This document shows positions 25,461 through 37,382 of a stretch of 64,000 nt of DNA, in pieces (the stretch's first letter is position 1; every line of letters begins with the position of its first letter). The stretch is taken from the NCBI RefSeq assembly GCF_963921235.1, contig NC_086108.1, positions 70,372,001 through 70,436,000 of the forward strand, read 5' to 3'. Position numbers and translations under genes: made by a program. Source of the DNA: Mobula hypostoma. Lineage: Eukaryota. A model generated the notes under the pieces. It was given only the letters and a program-made list of their open reading frames with translations, made no database searches and was not told the origin of the DNA.

Positions 25461-27328
25461 AACATAGAAACATAGAAAACATAGAAAATAGGTGCAGGAG
25501 TAGGCCATTCAGCCCTTCGAGCCTGCACCGCCATTCAGTATGATTATCGCTGATCATCCAACTCAGAACCCTGTACCAGCCTTCCTTCCATACCCCCGAT
25601 CCCTTTAGTCACAAGGGCCATATCTAACTCCCTCTTAAATATAGCAAATGAACTGGCCTCAACTGTTTCCTGTGGCAGAGAATTCCACAGATTCACCACT
25701 CTCTGTGTGAAGAAGTTTTTCCTAATCTCGGTCCTAAAAGGCTTCCCCTTTATCCTCAAACTGTGACCCCTCATTCTGGACTTCCCCAACATCGGGAACA
25801 ATCTTCTTGCATCTAGCCTGTCCAATCCCTTTAGGATTTTATATGTTTCAATCAGATCCCCCCTCAATCTTCTAAATTCCAATGAGTATAAGCCTAGTTC
25901 ATCCAGTCTTTCATCATATGAAAGTCCTGCCATCCCAGGAATCAATCTGGTGAACCTTCTTTGTACTCCCTCTATGGCAAGGATGTCTCTCCTCAGATTA
26001 GGGGACCAAAACTGCACACAATACTCCAGGTGTGGTCTCACCAAGGCCTTGTACAACTGCAGTAGTACCTCCCTGCTCCTGTACTCGAATCCTCTCGCTA
26101 TAAATGCCAGCATACCATTCGCCTTTTTCACTGCCTGCTGTACCTGCATGCCCACTTTCAATGACTGGTGTATAATGACACCCAGGTCTTGTTGCACCTC
26201 CCCTTTTCCTAATCGGCCACCATTCAGATAATAATCTGTTTTCCTGTTTTTGCCACCAAAGTGGATAACTTCACATTTATCCGCATTAAATTGCATCTGC
26301 CATGAATTTGCCCACTCACCTAACCTATCCAAGTCACCCTGCATCCTCTTAGCATCCTCCTCACAGCTAACACTGCCGCCCAGCTTCGTGTCATCCGCAA
26401 ACTTGGAGATGCTGCATTTAATTCCCTCATCCAAGTCATTAATATATATTGTAAACAACTGGGGTCCCAGCACTGAGCCTTGCGGTACCCCACTAGTCAC
26501 TGCCTGCCATTCTGAAAAGGTCCCGTTTATTCCCACTCTTTGCTTCCTGTCTGCCAACCAATTCTCTATCCACATCAATATCTTACCCCCAATACCGTGT
26601 GCTTTAAGTTTGCACACTAATCTCCTGTGTGGGACCTTGTCAAAAGCCTTTTGAAAATCCAAATATACCACATCCACTGGTTCTCCCCTATCCACTCTAC
26701 TAGTTACATCCTCAAAAAATTCTGTGAGATTCGTCAGACATGATTTTCCTTTCACAAATCCATGCTGACTTTGTCCGATGATTTCACCGCTTTCCAAATG
26801 TGCTGTTATCACATCTTTGATAACTGACTCTAGCAGTTTCCCCACCACCGATGTTAGGCTAACCGGTCTATAATTCCCTGGTTTCTCTCTCCCTCCTTTT
26901 TTAAAAAGTGGGGTTACATTAGCCACCCTCCAATCCTCAGGAACTAGTCCAGAATCTAAAGAGTTTTGAAAAATTATCACTAATGCATCCACTATTTCTT
27001 GGGCTACTTCCTTAAGCACTCTGAGATGCAGACCATCTGGCCCTGGGGATTTATCCGCCTTTAATCCCTTCAATTTACCTAACACCACTTCCCTACTAAC
27101 ATGTATTTCCCTCAGTTCCTCCATCTCACTGGACCCTCTATCCCCTACTATTTCCGGAAGATTATTTATGTCCTCCTTAGTGAAGACAGAACCAAAGTAA
27201 TTATTCAATTGGTCTGCCATGTCCTTGCTCCCCATAATCAATTCACCTGTTTCTGTCTGTAGGGCACCTACATTTGTCTTAACCAATCTTTTTCTTTTCA
27301 CATATCTATAAAAGCTTTTACAGTCAGT
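25461..27328 (-). mobile_element. Young 5'-truncated CR1 LINE
   Basis: Uninterrupted RT ORF; (TTTCTATG)n-like 3' tail at 25461-25490. Confidence 0.95.
25544..27301 (-). CDS. CR1 ORF2 reverse transcriptase, 585 aa, N-terminally truncated (no endonuclease)
   Basis: NYRPVSLTSVVGK, DFQKAFDKVPH, GVPQGSVLGP and KFADD motifs; no stops. Confidence 0.85.
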   Translation of the reverse strand: MKRKRLVKTNVGALQTETGELIMGSKDMADQLNNYFGSVFTKEDINNLPEIVGDRGSSEMEELREIHVSREVVLGKLKGLKADKSPGPDGLHLRVLKEVAQEIVDALVIIFQNSLDSGLVPEDWRVANVTPLFKKGGREKPGNYRPVSLTSVVGKLLESVIKDVITAHLESGEIIGQSQHGFVKGKSCLTNLTEFFEDVTSRVDRGEPVDVVYLDFQKAFDKVPHRRLVCKLKAHGIGGKILMWIENWLADRKQRVGINGTFSEWQAVTSGVPQGSVLGPQLFTIYINDLDEGIKCSISKFADDTKLGGSVSCEEDAKRMQGDLDRLGEWANSWQMQFNADKCEVIHFGGKNRKTDYYLNGGRLGKGEVQQDLGVIIHQSLKVGMQVQQAVKKANGMLAFIARGFEYRSREVLLQLYKALVRPHLEYCVQFWSPNLRRDILAIEGVQRRFTRLIPGMAGLSYDERLDELGLYSLEFRRLRGDLIETYKILKGLDRLDARRLFPMLGKSRMRGHSLRIKGKPFRTEIRKNFFTQRVVNLWNSLPQETVEASSFAIFKRELDMALVTKGIGGMEGRLVQGSELDDQR

Positions 27329-27651
27329 AGATTAGGATGTTTGGGATCTGTGGTGAGTTGGCCGTTTGGAATCAGAACTGGCTTGTGTTGTAAGTCAGTG
27401 ATCTGGATGACTGAATTGATGGCTTTCTGGACAAATTTGCAGATTAAATGAAGATAGGTGGAGGGGCAGGTGCTGAGGAAGCAGGGGGGGCTGAAGAAGA
27501 ATGTAGGTATATTAGGAGAATGGGTTGATGGGCTGAATGGCCTAATTCTGCTCCTATCTCTTATGGTCTTAACCATAGAAGACAGAGGGTAGTGGTTGAA
27601 GTGACATATTCTAGCTGGAGGTCTACAAGAGACTCTAGAGGATTTTAGACA

Positions 27652-27995
27652 GTCAGCTCGATCATGGGCGCAAGCCTCTCTACCATCAGGGACATCCTCA
27701 AGAAAGCGGCATCCATCATGAAGGATGCTCACCATCTGGGATGTGCTCTCTTATTATTACCATCAAGAAGGAGACGCAGGAGCCTGAAGACCCATACTCA
27801 GTGGTTTAGGAACAGCTTCTTGCCCTCTGCCATCAGATTTCTGAATGGTCCATAAACACTACCTCACAGTTCCTCTACTGCTTTGTTTATTTTATTTATT
27901 GTAACGAATGGTAATGTTTTGGACTTGCACTATACTGATGCCACAAAACAAATCTCACAACCTACGTCAGTGATAATAAACCAGATTCTGATTCA
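27652..27995 (+). mobile_element. Rex1-like 3' fragment
   Basis: LLPSRRRRRSLKTHTQWFRNSFLPSAIRFLN; aataaaccagattctgattc tail. Confidence 0.75.
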
Positions 27996-29171
27996 GAAAG
28001 TAATCCATTTGGAACTTTGACACTGGAAGCAGGACGATGGAATATCTTAGTTTTGCAGATGTTAAGTTCTTAGAGCTCAATTTTTCATACATCTCAATGA
28101 ACAAGTGGGCAACAACTTGGAGCTTGACCTGTTAATGTGCACATGTGAAGCTTTGTCTTTGTATTGCAATATGATAAGATGTTAGAGTGACCTTAGTTCA
28201 GGAATGGAGTTAATGTAGGTTAAGCAGTTCCCCATTTGCCCTGAAGATGATCTTCTCCAGTGAGAAACTTATTTAAGGTGGGATGCAATATTCTGATGAG
28301 CAAAATGAAGTAAACAGTAATGGTACATTCTTGCTTAAACCAATTTTGCATTGGATTTGACCAGAAAGTCAGAATCCTACCTTGCATACCATGGTGTAAC
28401 AAATGTGGAGATTAATTTCTAAGGTTATCCAGAATTGAGTAGAATTTTTCACTGTCCTGTCAGTTGACTGAATCAAAGGATTTTATTAGCTTGGAAAAGG
28501 CCTAGTGTAATAACTAATGTTCCCATGTGTTGTTATTAACAATTTACTGGAAGAGCTTAGTGGATCAGGTAGCATCTGTGGAGGGAGGGGGGAGGAGCTG
28601 TTGCTTTTTTTTAGGTTGATGCCTATGTTAAGTCCCACAGTTTGGCTGAAGGCACAACTACTTCTAGAACATGTTTTCATCACTACATCTGGGATGTAGT
28701 TTGGTCCCGATGGTTTTGTGGTAGCCAGTGCTGATGCTGAATTTTAATATGACCTACAGTGAATTAATTTGGTTTGAAACTATTGTCAATGATAAGGATT
28801 TCAGGAGGAGAATACGATGAATCATCTATTTGTCTTTTCTGGCTGAAAATGATTCATCCTTAACTTTCACAGTCACTTTCTGGAAAACTTAAGGATACAA
28901 TATTTATGAATTTCTCATTTGCTGCCATCATTTATGACTAGATATGCCAACATCTAATTTGTATTTAGTTTAGTCAATAGGTTGCTGCTGGCATGTAAAT
29001 GTATATGTAGAATTGCACCTATGTTAGGTTCCACCTCTTTTAGGGAATACGTGGTGCTGCTCTTGGCAGTCTGTTCTGCATTTCTAGTTTGTTCTCTGGC
29101 TTGATGATAGTGAAGGATAAACTGGACCATCAGAGTGTGGATTGTGATGTAAGTTCCCATCTGTTTCTTGC

Positions 29172-29630
29172 ATGGATAGATAGATTATTGATCCCAAAAG
29201 TAATTATAGTGTCACAGTAGCATTACAAGTGCACAGTTATACAAATATTAGAAGTAAGAAAGAATAAAAAATTAAGTTACCTCAAACAGTCTTTAACAGG
29301 AGGCGGGGTCATTGCTTCCCTGGCTATAGGTTGACTCATTATAGAGCCAAATGGCAGAGGGTAAGAATACCATCATATAGCAGTGCATTTGCTTTGGTCT
29401 GTTACTAAAAGTGCTCCTCTAGTCAGCCAAGGTGGCATGCAGAGGGTGAGAAACATTGTCCAGAATTGCCAGGATTTTCTGAAGGGTCCTTTGTTCTACC
29501 ACAGCTTCCAGTGTGTCCAATTTGACTCCTATCACAGAGCCAGCCTTTCTAATCAGTTTATTGAGCCTGTTGGCATCACCCGTGTTGATGCCATTGCCCC
29601 AGCACACCACCACATAGAAGATTGTGGGTG
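29172..29630 (-). mobile_element. Rex1-like 3' fragment
   Basis: FYVVVCWGNGINTGDANRLNKLIRKAGSVIG; (ATCT)n tail. Confidence 0.75.
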
Positions 29631-32339
29631 CTCCACTCAAGCCTTCTATCCAGGTGTACCCCCAGGTACTAGTATTCTCTATTTCATATTCTCTATTTTG
29701 TGTTTTCAGTTGTGAACTGAAATATTATGTTCTGTACATTGGTAAACGCTGGAAGGGACAAATGGTAAATGGTGGAGAATGAGTTAAATTTGAGTTCTTC
29801 ACTTCCACCGCATGTTGGCTACTCAATTTGACAGCTCTGTCTTTCATAATTTGGGGTGACTGCCTGGGATAGTGTTACTACTGAGCCAACCTTGGGACAT
29901 ACATGTATGACTACTCTCACCCAGAATACATATTTGCTTTCTCAGTATTGTTTCAATGTGTAAGTACTAAAAGATTAAGCAAATGGGTGTACGCAGGGAA
30001 TCCACGTCAGAAAGTATAGTACCTTTTCACCTATAAGCAGTGAATGTCCAAAGACTTAGGAACCATGCACAGAAAATAATCAAAAAATGCTAATGCAGTG
30101 TAGTCTCTGTAAACTGGAGTTCAAAAAGGTAGAAGATGTGTATCATCTGGAAGGACAAAGTAAGTATTCCCATGGAGGGAGTGTGATAGAGAGTACAGTA
30201 TAATTGTTGTATCTGTAATTTGTAATTAAACCTATTGTATTCCCTAGAATTTAAATGATATTGAATGGAACTGAGAGGATATATTGAAACTATTTCTGTG
30301 CTTGATGATTCTAGGAGTGGGGGAAATGGACCTGGGAATGATTCTAGGTCTTTCAGAAGAGAGAAGTCTATGCATTAGGCTCATAAGCCTCTAAACCTTT
30401 ATTGTCTGTTTCCCTGTTTAAATATCTTTTAAACATTACTCACCTCTACCACTTCCTTTGGCAGCTTGTTCTGTATACCCATTGCTCTTTGTGTAAGAAT
30501 TCCCCTCTTACCTTATGCCCTCTAGTTGTAGACTCCACTACACTGAGGGAAAAGACTGACTATCCACCTTAAGTATTTAAATTTAGGACACTTTTGATAT
30601 GGCATTTGTTGCTTCGTCGTTTAATCATAACACTGAGATTGGTGAATTTTTGGAAACCAAAGTATTAATGGATGGCACGTTGAAATGGTAGGTGTATGGA
30701 TTTGGATCATAAGTCACCCATTATCTTCTGAACAGTCGTATAGGTTTAAGTGGCTAAATAACCTCCTTCTCTTGGGATGTTTGATATAGAGTAATGATTC
30801 CCTATCTGTGAGAGGACAATAGATGGTAAATTGAGGGTTTCTTCCCTGTGGTTGATCTGACGCCATTAAACTTGTGAGGAGCAGATTACACGTTGAGCAT
30901 TTCCAGGACTATTTTTTCTCACTAGTATCTTGTACACTGATCTTTACTGTCCATCCTGCCATCTGGAGTGTTGAGTGAAACACTGTTGTAGAAGTGTGAC
31001 TTGCACGCTGTATTAGTCAATGGGACAGCTCTCTCAGCTTGGATACAGAAGCCCAAGCTAGTGAAGGGCTTTTCAAGTCCATTGCCTTGGTATAAACTGG
31101 ATGGTCATTTAGTTAGGTTTTGAGAGAGTAGTTTGATTCAGTTAGGTAAATTATTAGACTTAAAGTCGACCTCCGTCACATTGAATATGTGGTCATAGGA
31201 CACTAGATAAGGTGGAATGTTTTTTTTAAATACAATAGTTAAAAGAATTTTATCTCTATGGTGTACCTTTTGAGAAAATACATGAATACATTTTTACAAT
31301 CAGCATTGAGTTAGTGTAAAACTCTCTAGATTTTATGTTCTGTGGAATTTCTCTTTGGTTTTTGATCTCCATGGGAATACCAGTGTGCGTACATTTTTTT
31401 CTATTCCACTGTTATTACTTATTAGTTTACCTGAGGATTTTTCAGTGACCAAATATTTAAATTCTTTTGAAAATGAGCATGCTCATGAGGGGATTACAGT
31501 TTACTATTTTTGAGACAATAGTTGCATTTCCTCTGTCTGCCTGAGGGTGATGCAGATGCTAAATGAATAGAGACTTGAATGCTGGGTTTTGGAAATTTAC
31601 TTTGATTCTTCCAACTGAGGGGGTTAGCTGTCATGGAGCAGACAAATATACAAATATTTTTAAAGCCTTTTCTTTAAAGAAAAGTATCATTCCCAGTGAT
31701 ACTTTAGTATCCATTGCTATTTAAGTTGGTCAGGGAGCATTTGGGAAAGAGTTGAGAACGTCAAATTCTTGCATTGGAAGCTCAAGGTAAATGGTGGAAG
31801 GAAGACACCATCTTGTAGCCCTTCCTCCCCCCTCATGTTTTCAGGCATTTCCTGCCTCATCTGCAAAAGAGTGTGTTTTTTGCTGTCATCAATCACCTAT
31901 TTATTCAGGAAATTCTCTTCATGAGTATCATTGTTCCACCAGATACCTAACCAAATCATTGCCCACCTCAAGAAACTGCATTAAAGGGTGAGGGCCACAC
32001 TTTTTCTACAGATTCTTGAAAGCACACTTGTAAATCAAAGTTGCAGATTAAGAAATTGTTTTGATTAGATGTTATGAAAATTGCTGTTGATTAATTTGTA
32101 TATCAAGGTTTTCTATATTGGATCCAATTTATCTGAGAATTTGCAATGAAGGAAGACAGCATTATTGAATGTTTAGTATCACTATCACCAATAACATATT
32201 TTTTCTGTTCTACTGTGAACTTAAGAGTTTGCTGTAAGAGGTAGATTCGTTCAGTTGCGTGGGGACAGGGTGGGTAAAGAACCCTAGTTAGGTATCTGAT
32301 GTTTTCGTGAACAATGTTACTCATAAAAAGAAGTTCCTG

Positions 32340-32812
32340 AATAAGAACATAATAAATAGGAGCCAGGAGTAGGCCATCCGGCCCATTGAGTCTGTCTAAC
32401 TGTATCTTAAATATATTTAGTGAAGAAACCTCAACTGCTTCCCTGGGCAGAGAGTTCCACAGATTCGCCACTCTCTGGGAAAAACAGTTTCTCCTCATCT
32501 CTGTCCTAAATCTTCTCCCCTGAATCTTGAGGCAATGTCCCCTAGTTCAAGTCTCACCTACCAATGGAAACAACTTTCCTACTTCTATCTTACTTATCCC
32601 TTCCAAAATTTTGTATGTTTCTGTAAGATCCCCTCTCATTCTTCGGAATTCCAGAGAGTATAGTCCCAGGCAACTCAATCTCTCCTCATAGGTTAATCCT
32701 TTCAACTCTGGAATCAACCAGGTGAAGCTCCTCTTCACTGCCTCCAAAGCCAGTAAAGTATATCCTTCCTCAAGTTTGGAGACCAGAACTGCACACAGGC
32801 ACTTGCACATAG
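32340..32812 (-). mobile_element. CR1 3' fragment
   Basis: YEERLSCLGLYSLEFRRMRGDL and FSQRVANLWNSLP. Confidence 0.85.
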
Positions 32813-33492
32813 ATACCTTATTTGTTGGTGTTTGAGTGGTCCAGTGGTTTCTACTACAGCTAGGGATGTATTGTGTAATATTTATACTGGTATAGTTTGA
32901 TATTCCTCAGTAGTGTTACTACTCTGAATGACTGGCCTAAGTGCAGCAACCTCGAGTCCATTTTTGTTCTGTACTGGATAGGTACAGTATTTGGTCATTA
33001 TTTAATAACTTCAAGTCTGTACAAATGAGATTTTAATCTTTAAAAAGCCATTCATTCCTAAAACACAAACCATTTTTCCATGCAAGTTCTGTGGAATCCT
33101 GTGAAATCATTTGACACTCTGCAGTACCATACTTCACTGTATCTTGCAGCGTTCTGTGAGGTGTTTTTATGCAACAGTCTTTGAGTTTTCTAAGTGTATA
33201 GGTTACTTTGTCATTGTAAACATCAAATCACTTGTAGCCCTACTCTTGTTGCCAATATCTCTCTGTAATGTGTGTATGTATGTGAACAAAGAGTTGGGGG
33301 CTGAACACTTACAAGGCACTGTGTAAGCATATCAGCTTTTGGTCACATGTCCATTCATCTGTATATAATTGTTTCAAATTTTATTAGTATGCCTTAAAGT
33401 GCCTTGTGGTTTTATATAAATTCAGTTTTAAGTTTATGAATTGCATTCCATTTCATTTAAAGTAATTAAACTGGTCATCTTTTCTTATTAAG

Positions 33493-33669
33493 GTGTTCTT
33501 CCTGCAGAGTGAGGAACAACCAAGTGATCTTAGTGACCCAGCAGATCACAGCAAGCTTGCAGAGAATATGGCCAAGGCATTTTGCTTGGCACTCTGTCCC
33601 CACCTTAAACTGCTGAAAGAAGATGGAAAATCAAAACTGGGCCTCCGTGTCACACTAGATTCAGACCAG
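33493..33669 (+). CDS. ZFYVE9: ZFYVE9 coding exon (VFFLQSEEQPSDLSDPADHSKLAEN...LGLRVTLDSDQ)
   Basis: ttattaag|GTG acceptor and CAG|gtacaa donor; 177 bp. Confidence 0.94.
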
Positions 33670-34411
33670 GTACAAAAGTCTGAATTTTTATGCTAACAAA
33701 AAGACAAGGCTCTAAATTACTGAAAGAAGTAGATTTATCTACCTTTTGGGTACTTTGGAGGTAAAATTAGTGCTGGAAGTTAGGTGTAGTGTTCATTTAA
33801 ATTAAGTATTGTAGGCTTTGACTTCCTATAAAATTTACATCTGAATTTTCACATTTCAGTTTGCAATTTCATTGCTTCAAGTTTAGTAAAATTAAACAGT
33901 GCATTATTTATAGAATAGGGTTTCAGAACTATCCCACCTTGCTGATTGAAAGTATCTTGAAAACCTAATTGCACCTTAATACCAAGGAAGTTGCTTTTCT
34001 GAAATTCAACTTCCAGGACAGGAAGGAGGGAGAATAATGACCTGTACACCAATCTTTGTGTGAGTGTGTGATGCAAGTGTTGACCTTGGGTCTAGGTTTT
34101 GATCTACACCATGCTGTTCAGATGGCTCTCTCATCAGGTGTATTTTGAATGAAATTAAAGTGAAAACAGGATTATGATGGTGGGAAGTGAATGAAGAGAT
34201 TTAAACAATGTGGATGTTAAAAGTTACAAAATGTGCTTTTCTGAAGGAATTCAGGACATTGTTATATATTTTTGATACTATGGAATAGACTGGCATGAAA
34301 TATAAGTGTAAAAGATTGATTCGTTCCTGATTCAAGTTGAAACATAGAAAGTAATGTCTGTCTATTTGCCTTCATGATTTTCCAGGCTACAAACATGAAG
34401 AGGTGGTGAAT

Positions 34412-34622
34412 TAGAAACATAGAAAACCTACAGCACAATACAGGCTCTTCAGCCCACAAAGTTGTGCCGAACATGTCCCTACCTTAGAAATTACTAAACT
34501 TACCCATAGCCCTCTATTTTTCTAAGGTCCATGTACCCATCCAAAAGTCTCTTAAAAGACCCTATCGTATCCACCTCCACCACCGTTGCCGGCAGCCCAT
34601 TCCACACACTCACTACCCTCTG
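34412..34622 (-). mobile_element. CR1 3' tail fragment
   Basis: agaaacatagaaaacctacagcac tail plus the terminal ORF2 remnant. Confidence 0.7.
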
Positions 34623-34876
34623 GATTAAGAACTTGTATATTAGTTTCCCCACTTGCATGAAATGTCCAAATTGTTAACTATAAACCATATAATGCAGTAG
34701 ATTAACCATGTGTTAAATGTAATCCTCAGTTTTTTATTTAGAAGTTGCTATCATCTTGAATTGAGTACCTTCGAGTGTAAAATATTTCATTTGATTCAAT
34801 GGTGTTATGGAAGTTCATTTTTATAACTGTTGTGTTGTGTCAACCTACTTCCATAAATCTCTATTTCCTTAATCAG

Positions 34877-35038
34877 GTTGGATACCAAACTGGTAGCAAT
34901 GGACAACCCCTTCCTTCACAATACATGAATGATCTTGACAGCGCTTTGGTTCCAGTTATCCATGGTGGAGCATGTCAGCTGAGTGAAGGGCCAGTTGTGA
35001 TGGAACTCATCTTTTACATTCTGGAGAGCTTCTCCTAG
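34877..35038 (+). CDS. ZFYVE9: ZFYVE9 terminal coding exon (VGYQTGSNGQPLPSQYMNDLDSALVPVIHGG...ELIFYILESFS*)
   Basis: aatcag|GTT acceptor; TAG stop ends at 35038; matches the SARA C-terminus. Confidence 0.95.
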   Translation, partial: VGYQTGSNGQPLPSQYMNDLDSALVPVIHGGACQLSEGPVVMELIFYILESFS

Positions 35039-36159
35039 AAACCTGAAAAACTTTTCCATCTCACTGGTGTGCATTGCTCTGATTAAAAACATTTGCACTT
35101 TAGACTATTGGTATGACAAAACTGATTTGGTGCTCCATTATTGCTGAATCTACTATGCACCATAGATCATTGTTGTTAATGTAATGAAGGTCAGGTTACC
35201 TGTTTTTCAACTTTCTATAAAATATGGACTTAATCCTTTGGTTGGTGGTGATGCCGTTCTGAAGCATGAATGAACTTTGATTTCTACTAGTTTACATTGT
35301 CTGGATTGACCGCTTATCATTCTTCAGGATTCTGAGACAAGTTTTCAATTTGAAATAAAATGGGTACAAGTGGGTATTATGACACTATTATATGAGAAGA
35401 GTACAGAAATACTTTATGACCTCAGTATCACTACTTCCCTGACACAATCAGCAGTTAATATATTTAGGTTGTATATAATGTATGTCTGAAGTTTTGAAGC
35501 ACTTAACCTATGCCTTGTAAACCACACAATGGAACATTGTGGTAATCTCTAGCCATGAAATAAAGATAGTGTATAAACAAATTATTCTAAAAAAAGATAA
35601 TGACTTTCTCAGCCATACTGCATTTGGTATCAGCTGTATTAATTGTATTTGCTGGTGCATGGGCACCTCAGGTAATACTGTTCATATATACAGGGACTAG
35701 TGTTTAAAGCCTTCAGAGAAAGAATCTGCTTCAATTGGGCTGTTGTGGGCAGTCTCCAAGTAGAGGAAAGTATCCTTGGTGCCAGAATTAAGCAGAATCT
35801 CGGGCAAATGAACTCCTGTAAGTAAATGTAAAATATGGTTGTTTAAAAGCCAAATACACTGTATATCTGTTTTCTTGCATTTAGAGACATTTGCAATTCA
35901 AGAATAGTTAATATAAGGTAAATAAATGTTCCCTTTATTTAAAAACAACTCTAGTATTGGCTTTTTAAGAATCAGTAAATAGACATTATTAGCTTAGTTC
36001 AGCCTATTTCCTTCAATTGTATATCACTGACTGGAAATGTGGTTTTACCTTGCATATAAGACATACAAAATCATTGTACATTCAAGTGAAATGCTGTTTC
36101 ATTTCAATTTAGTTTTTGTATTGGCAGAAGTCAAATGTGCACTTTAGAAACTGGTTACA

Positions 36160-36270
36160 AATAAATGGTTTCCTAATAAAACCTCATTGAATACCAATTA
36201 AGTATTTATCACATTAAATACACAACAGCAATAAAGTATTCTTGCATAAATCTGTACGTCTTTTTGTTAA
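36160..36270 (+). promoter_or_regulatory. Probable ZFYVE9 polyadenylation region
   Basis: AATAAA at 36160, 36175 and 36230, followed by a GT/T-rich tract (gtacgtctttttgtt), at the end of about 1.2 kb of TE-free AT-rich 3' sequence. Confidence 0.5.
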
Positions 36271-37133
36271 CAGTATTCTGAAAACCTGCAGTTTATTTGG
36301 TATACAAGGTATAGGCAATGGGGGTGGGCTGGGGGGGAAGAGCTTGTACTAGTAAGTTTTTTTTTGGTACCTTAAAATTAGGAAGGTATTAATTGAATTC
36401 ATTGGTTGCAATTTTCCCAGTAAGGAGGAAGAAATAAACACTGTCCCTTTTTGATCATACTTCAGATTTCAATATTTGTGACGTGCTGGAAATGATCATC
36501 TATGGATACAAGTATTCATGGTCCAGGTTCGTGAATTTTTCTCAGAAACAGGGCCTCTTTTATTGTTGACAGTTCTGAAAAGTAAGATTAATTTGCTACT
36601 TGCCTATACTTAAAAGGGGTAATTTGTACAGCAGGTCTATTGAATTTAAGTTACTTCAGCTTGATGGGGTTTATTTTTAAGGAACTTCACATTTCTTCTG
36701 GCCTCCCTCCCAATACTGACATTTCATTTATTTTCTTGACTACAATTTAAATTTCACTACAACTTATCTTCCCACTTTTCCAGTTCTGGTGAATGGTTTT
36801 AGATATTGACTGTGCTATTTGCCTTTTGATATAGCAAGCTAACTAGTCTGTTCTCACTGACTGTCAGTTCATTTATGTAATTTCTGAACAATATATTCAA
36901 AGCAGTATGGTTTGTGGTTCCATCAAGTTCTAACTAGTTTATCTATTGACCAAAAGCCTATGTGTCAGTGTGTTTGTCTACAGCAAATGGATTTCTATTA
37001 AATTAATACCTCAAAAATACAAAAGCTGTTTAAATCTGTTAACTTGCACGCTGAAAATAAATTAACCAAAATGCAGTGCATACAGGTGTTACAGCTTCAA
37101 ATTCACATGCAAAAATAACAGGAAGTATATATT

Positions 37134-37382
37134 CAACACACAAAAAGCTGGAGGAGAACAGCAGGCCAGGCAGCATCTATGGAAAAGAGTACAATAAACA
37201 TTTTGGGCCATGACCCTTCAGCAGGTCATGCTGAAAGGTCTCAGCATGAAACATCGACTGTACTCTTTTCCATAGATGTTGCCTGGCCTGCTGAGTTGCT
37301 CCAGCACTTTTTTTTTTGTGTGTCTGTTTGTGTGTGTGTGTCTTGGATTTCCAGCATCTGCAGATTTTCTCTTGTTTGTGAT
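37134..37382 (+). mobile_element. Short palindromic Penelope-derived element with 14-bp TSD
   Basis: AGGAAGTATATATT (37120-37133) and AGGAACTATATATT (37383-37396); inverted arms; same architecture as 14665-14871. Confidence 0.8.

Larger units (their letters stand above)
23755..27650 (+). mobile_element. Old CR1 LINE (23755-25460 plus 27329-27650), host of a young CR1
   Basis: Degraded EN/RT sequence; ggctcaccaaga|agattaggatg rejoins across the insert. Confidence 0.8.

Noticed and set aside
25950..26654. Plus-strand ORFs of 93 and 134 aa (and similar ones at 53605, 54275 and 56798)
   Set aside because: Antisense shadows of CR1 RT
25544..27301. 585-aa RT ORF as a host gene or a retron/novel RT system
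   Set aside because: Typical CR1 ORF2 with a LINE tail, 5'-truncated, with several paralogous copies in the window
3949..35038. ZFYVE16 (endofin) assignment
   Set aside because: The C-terminal peptides (NDLDSALVPVIHGGACQLSEGPVVMELIFYILE) match SARA/ZFYVE9
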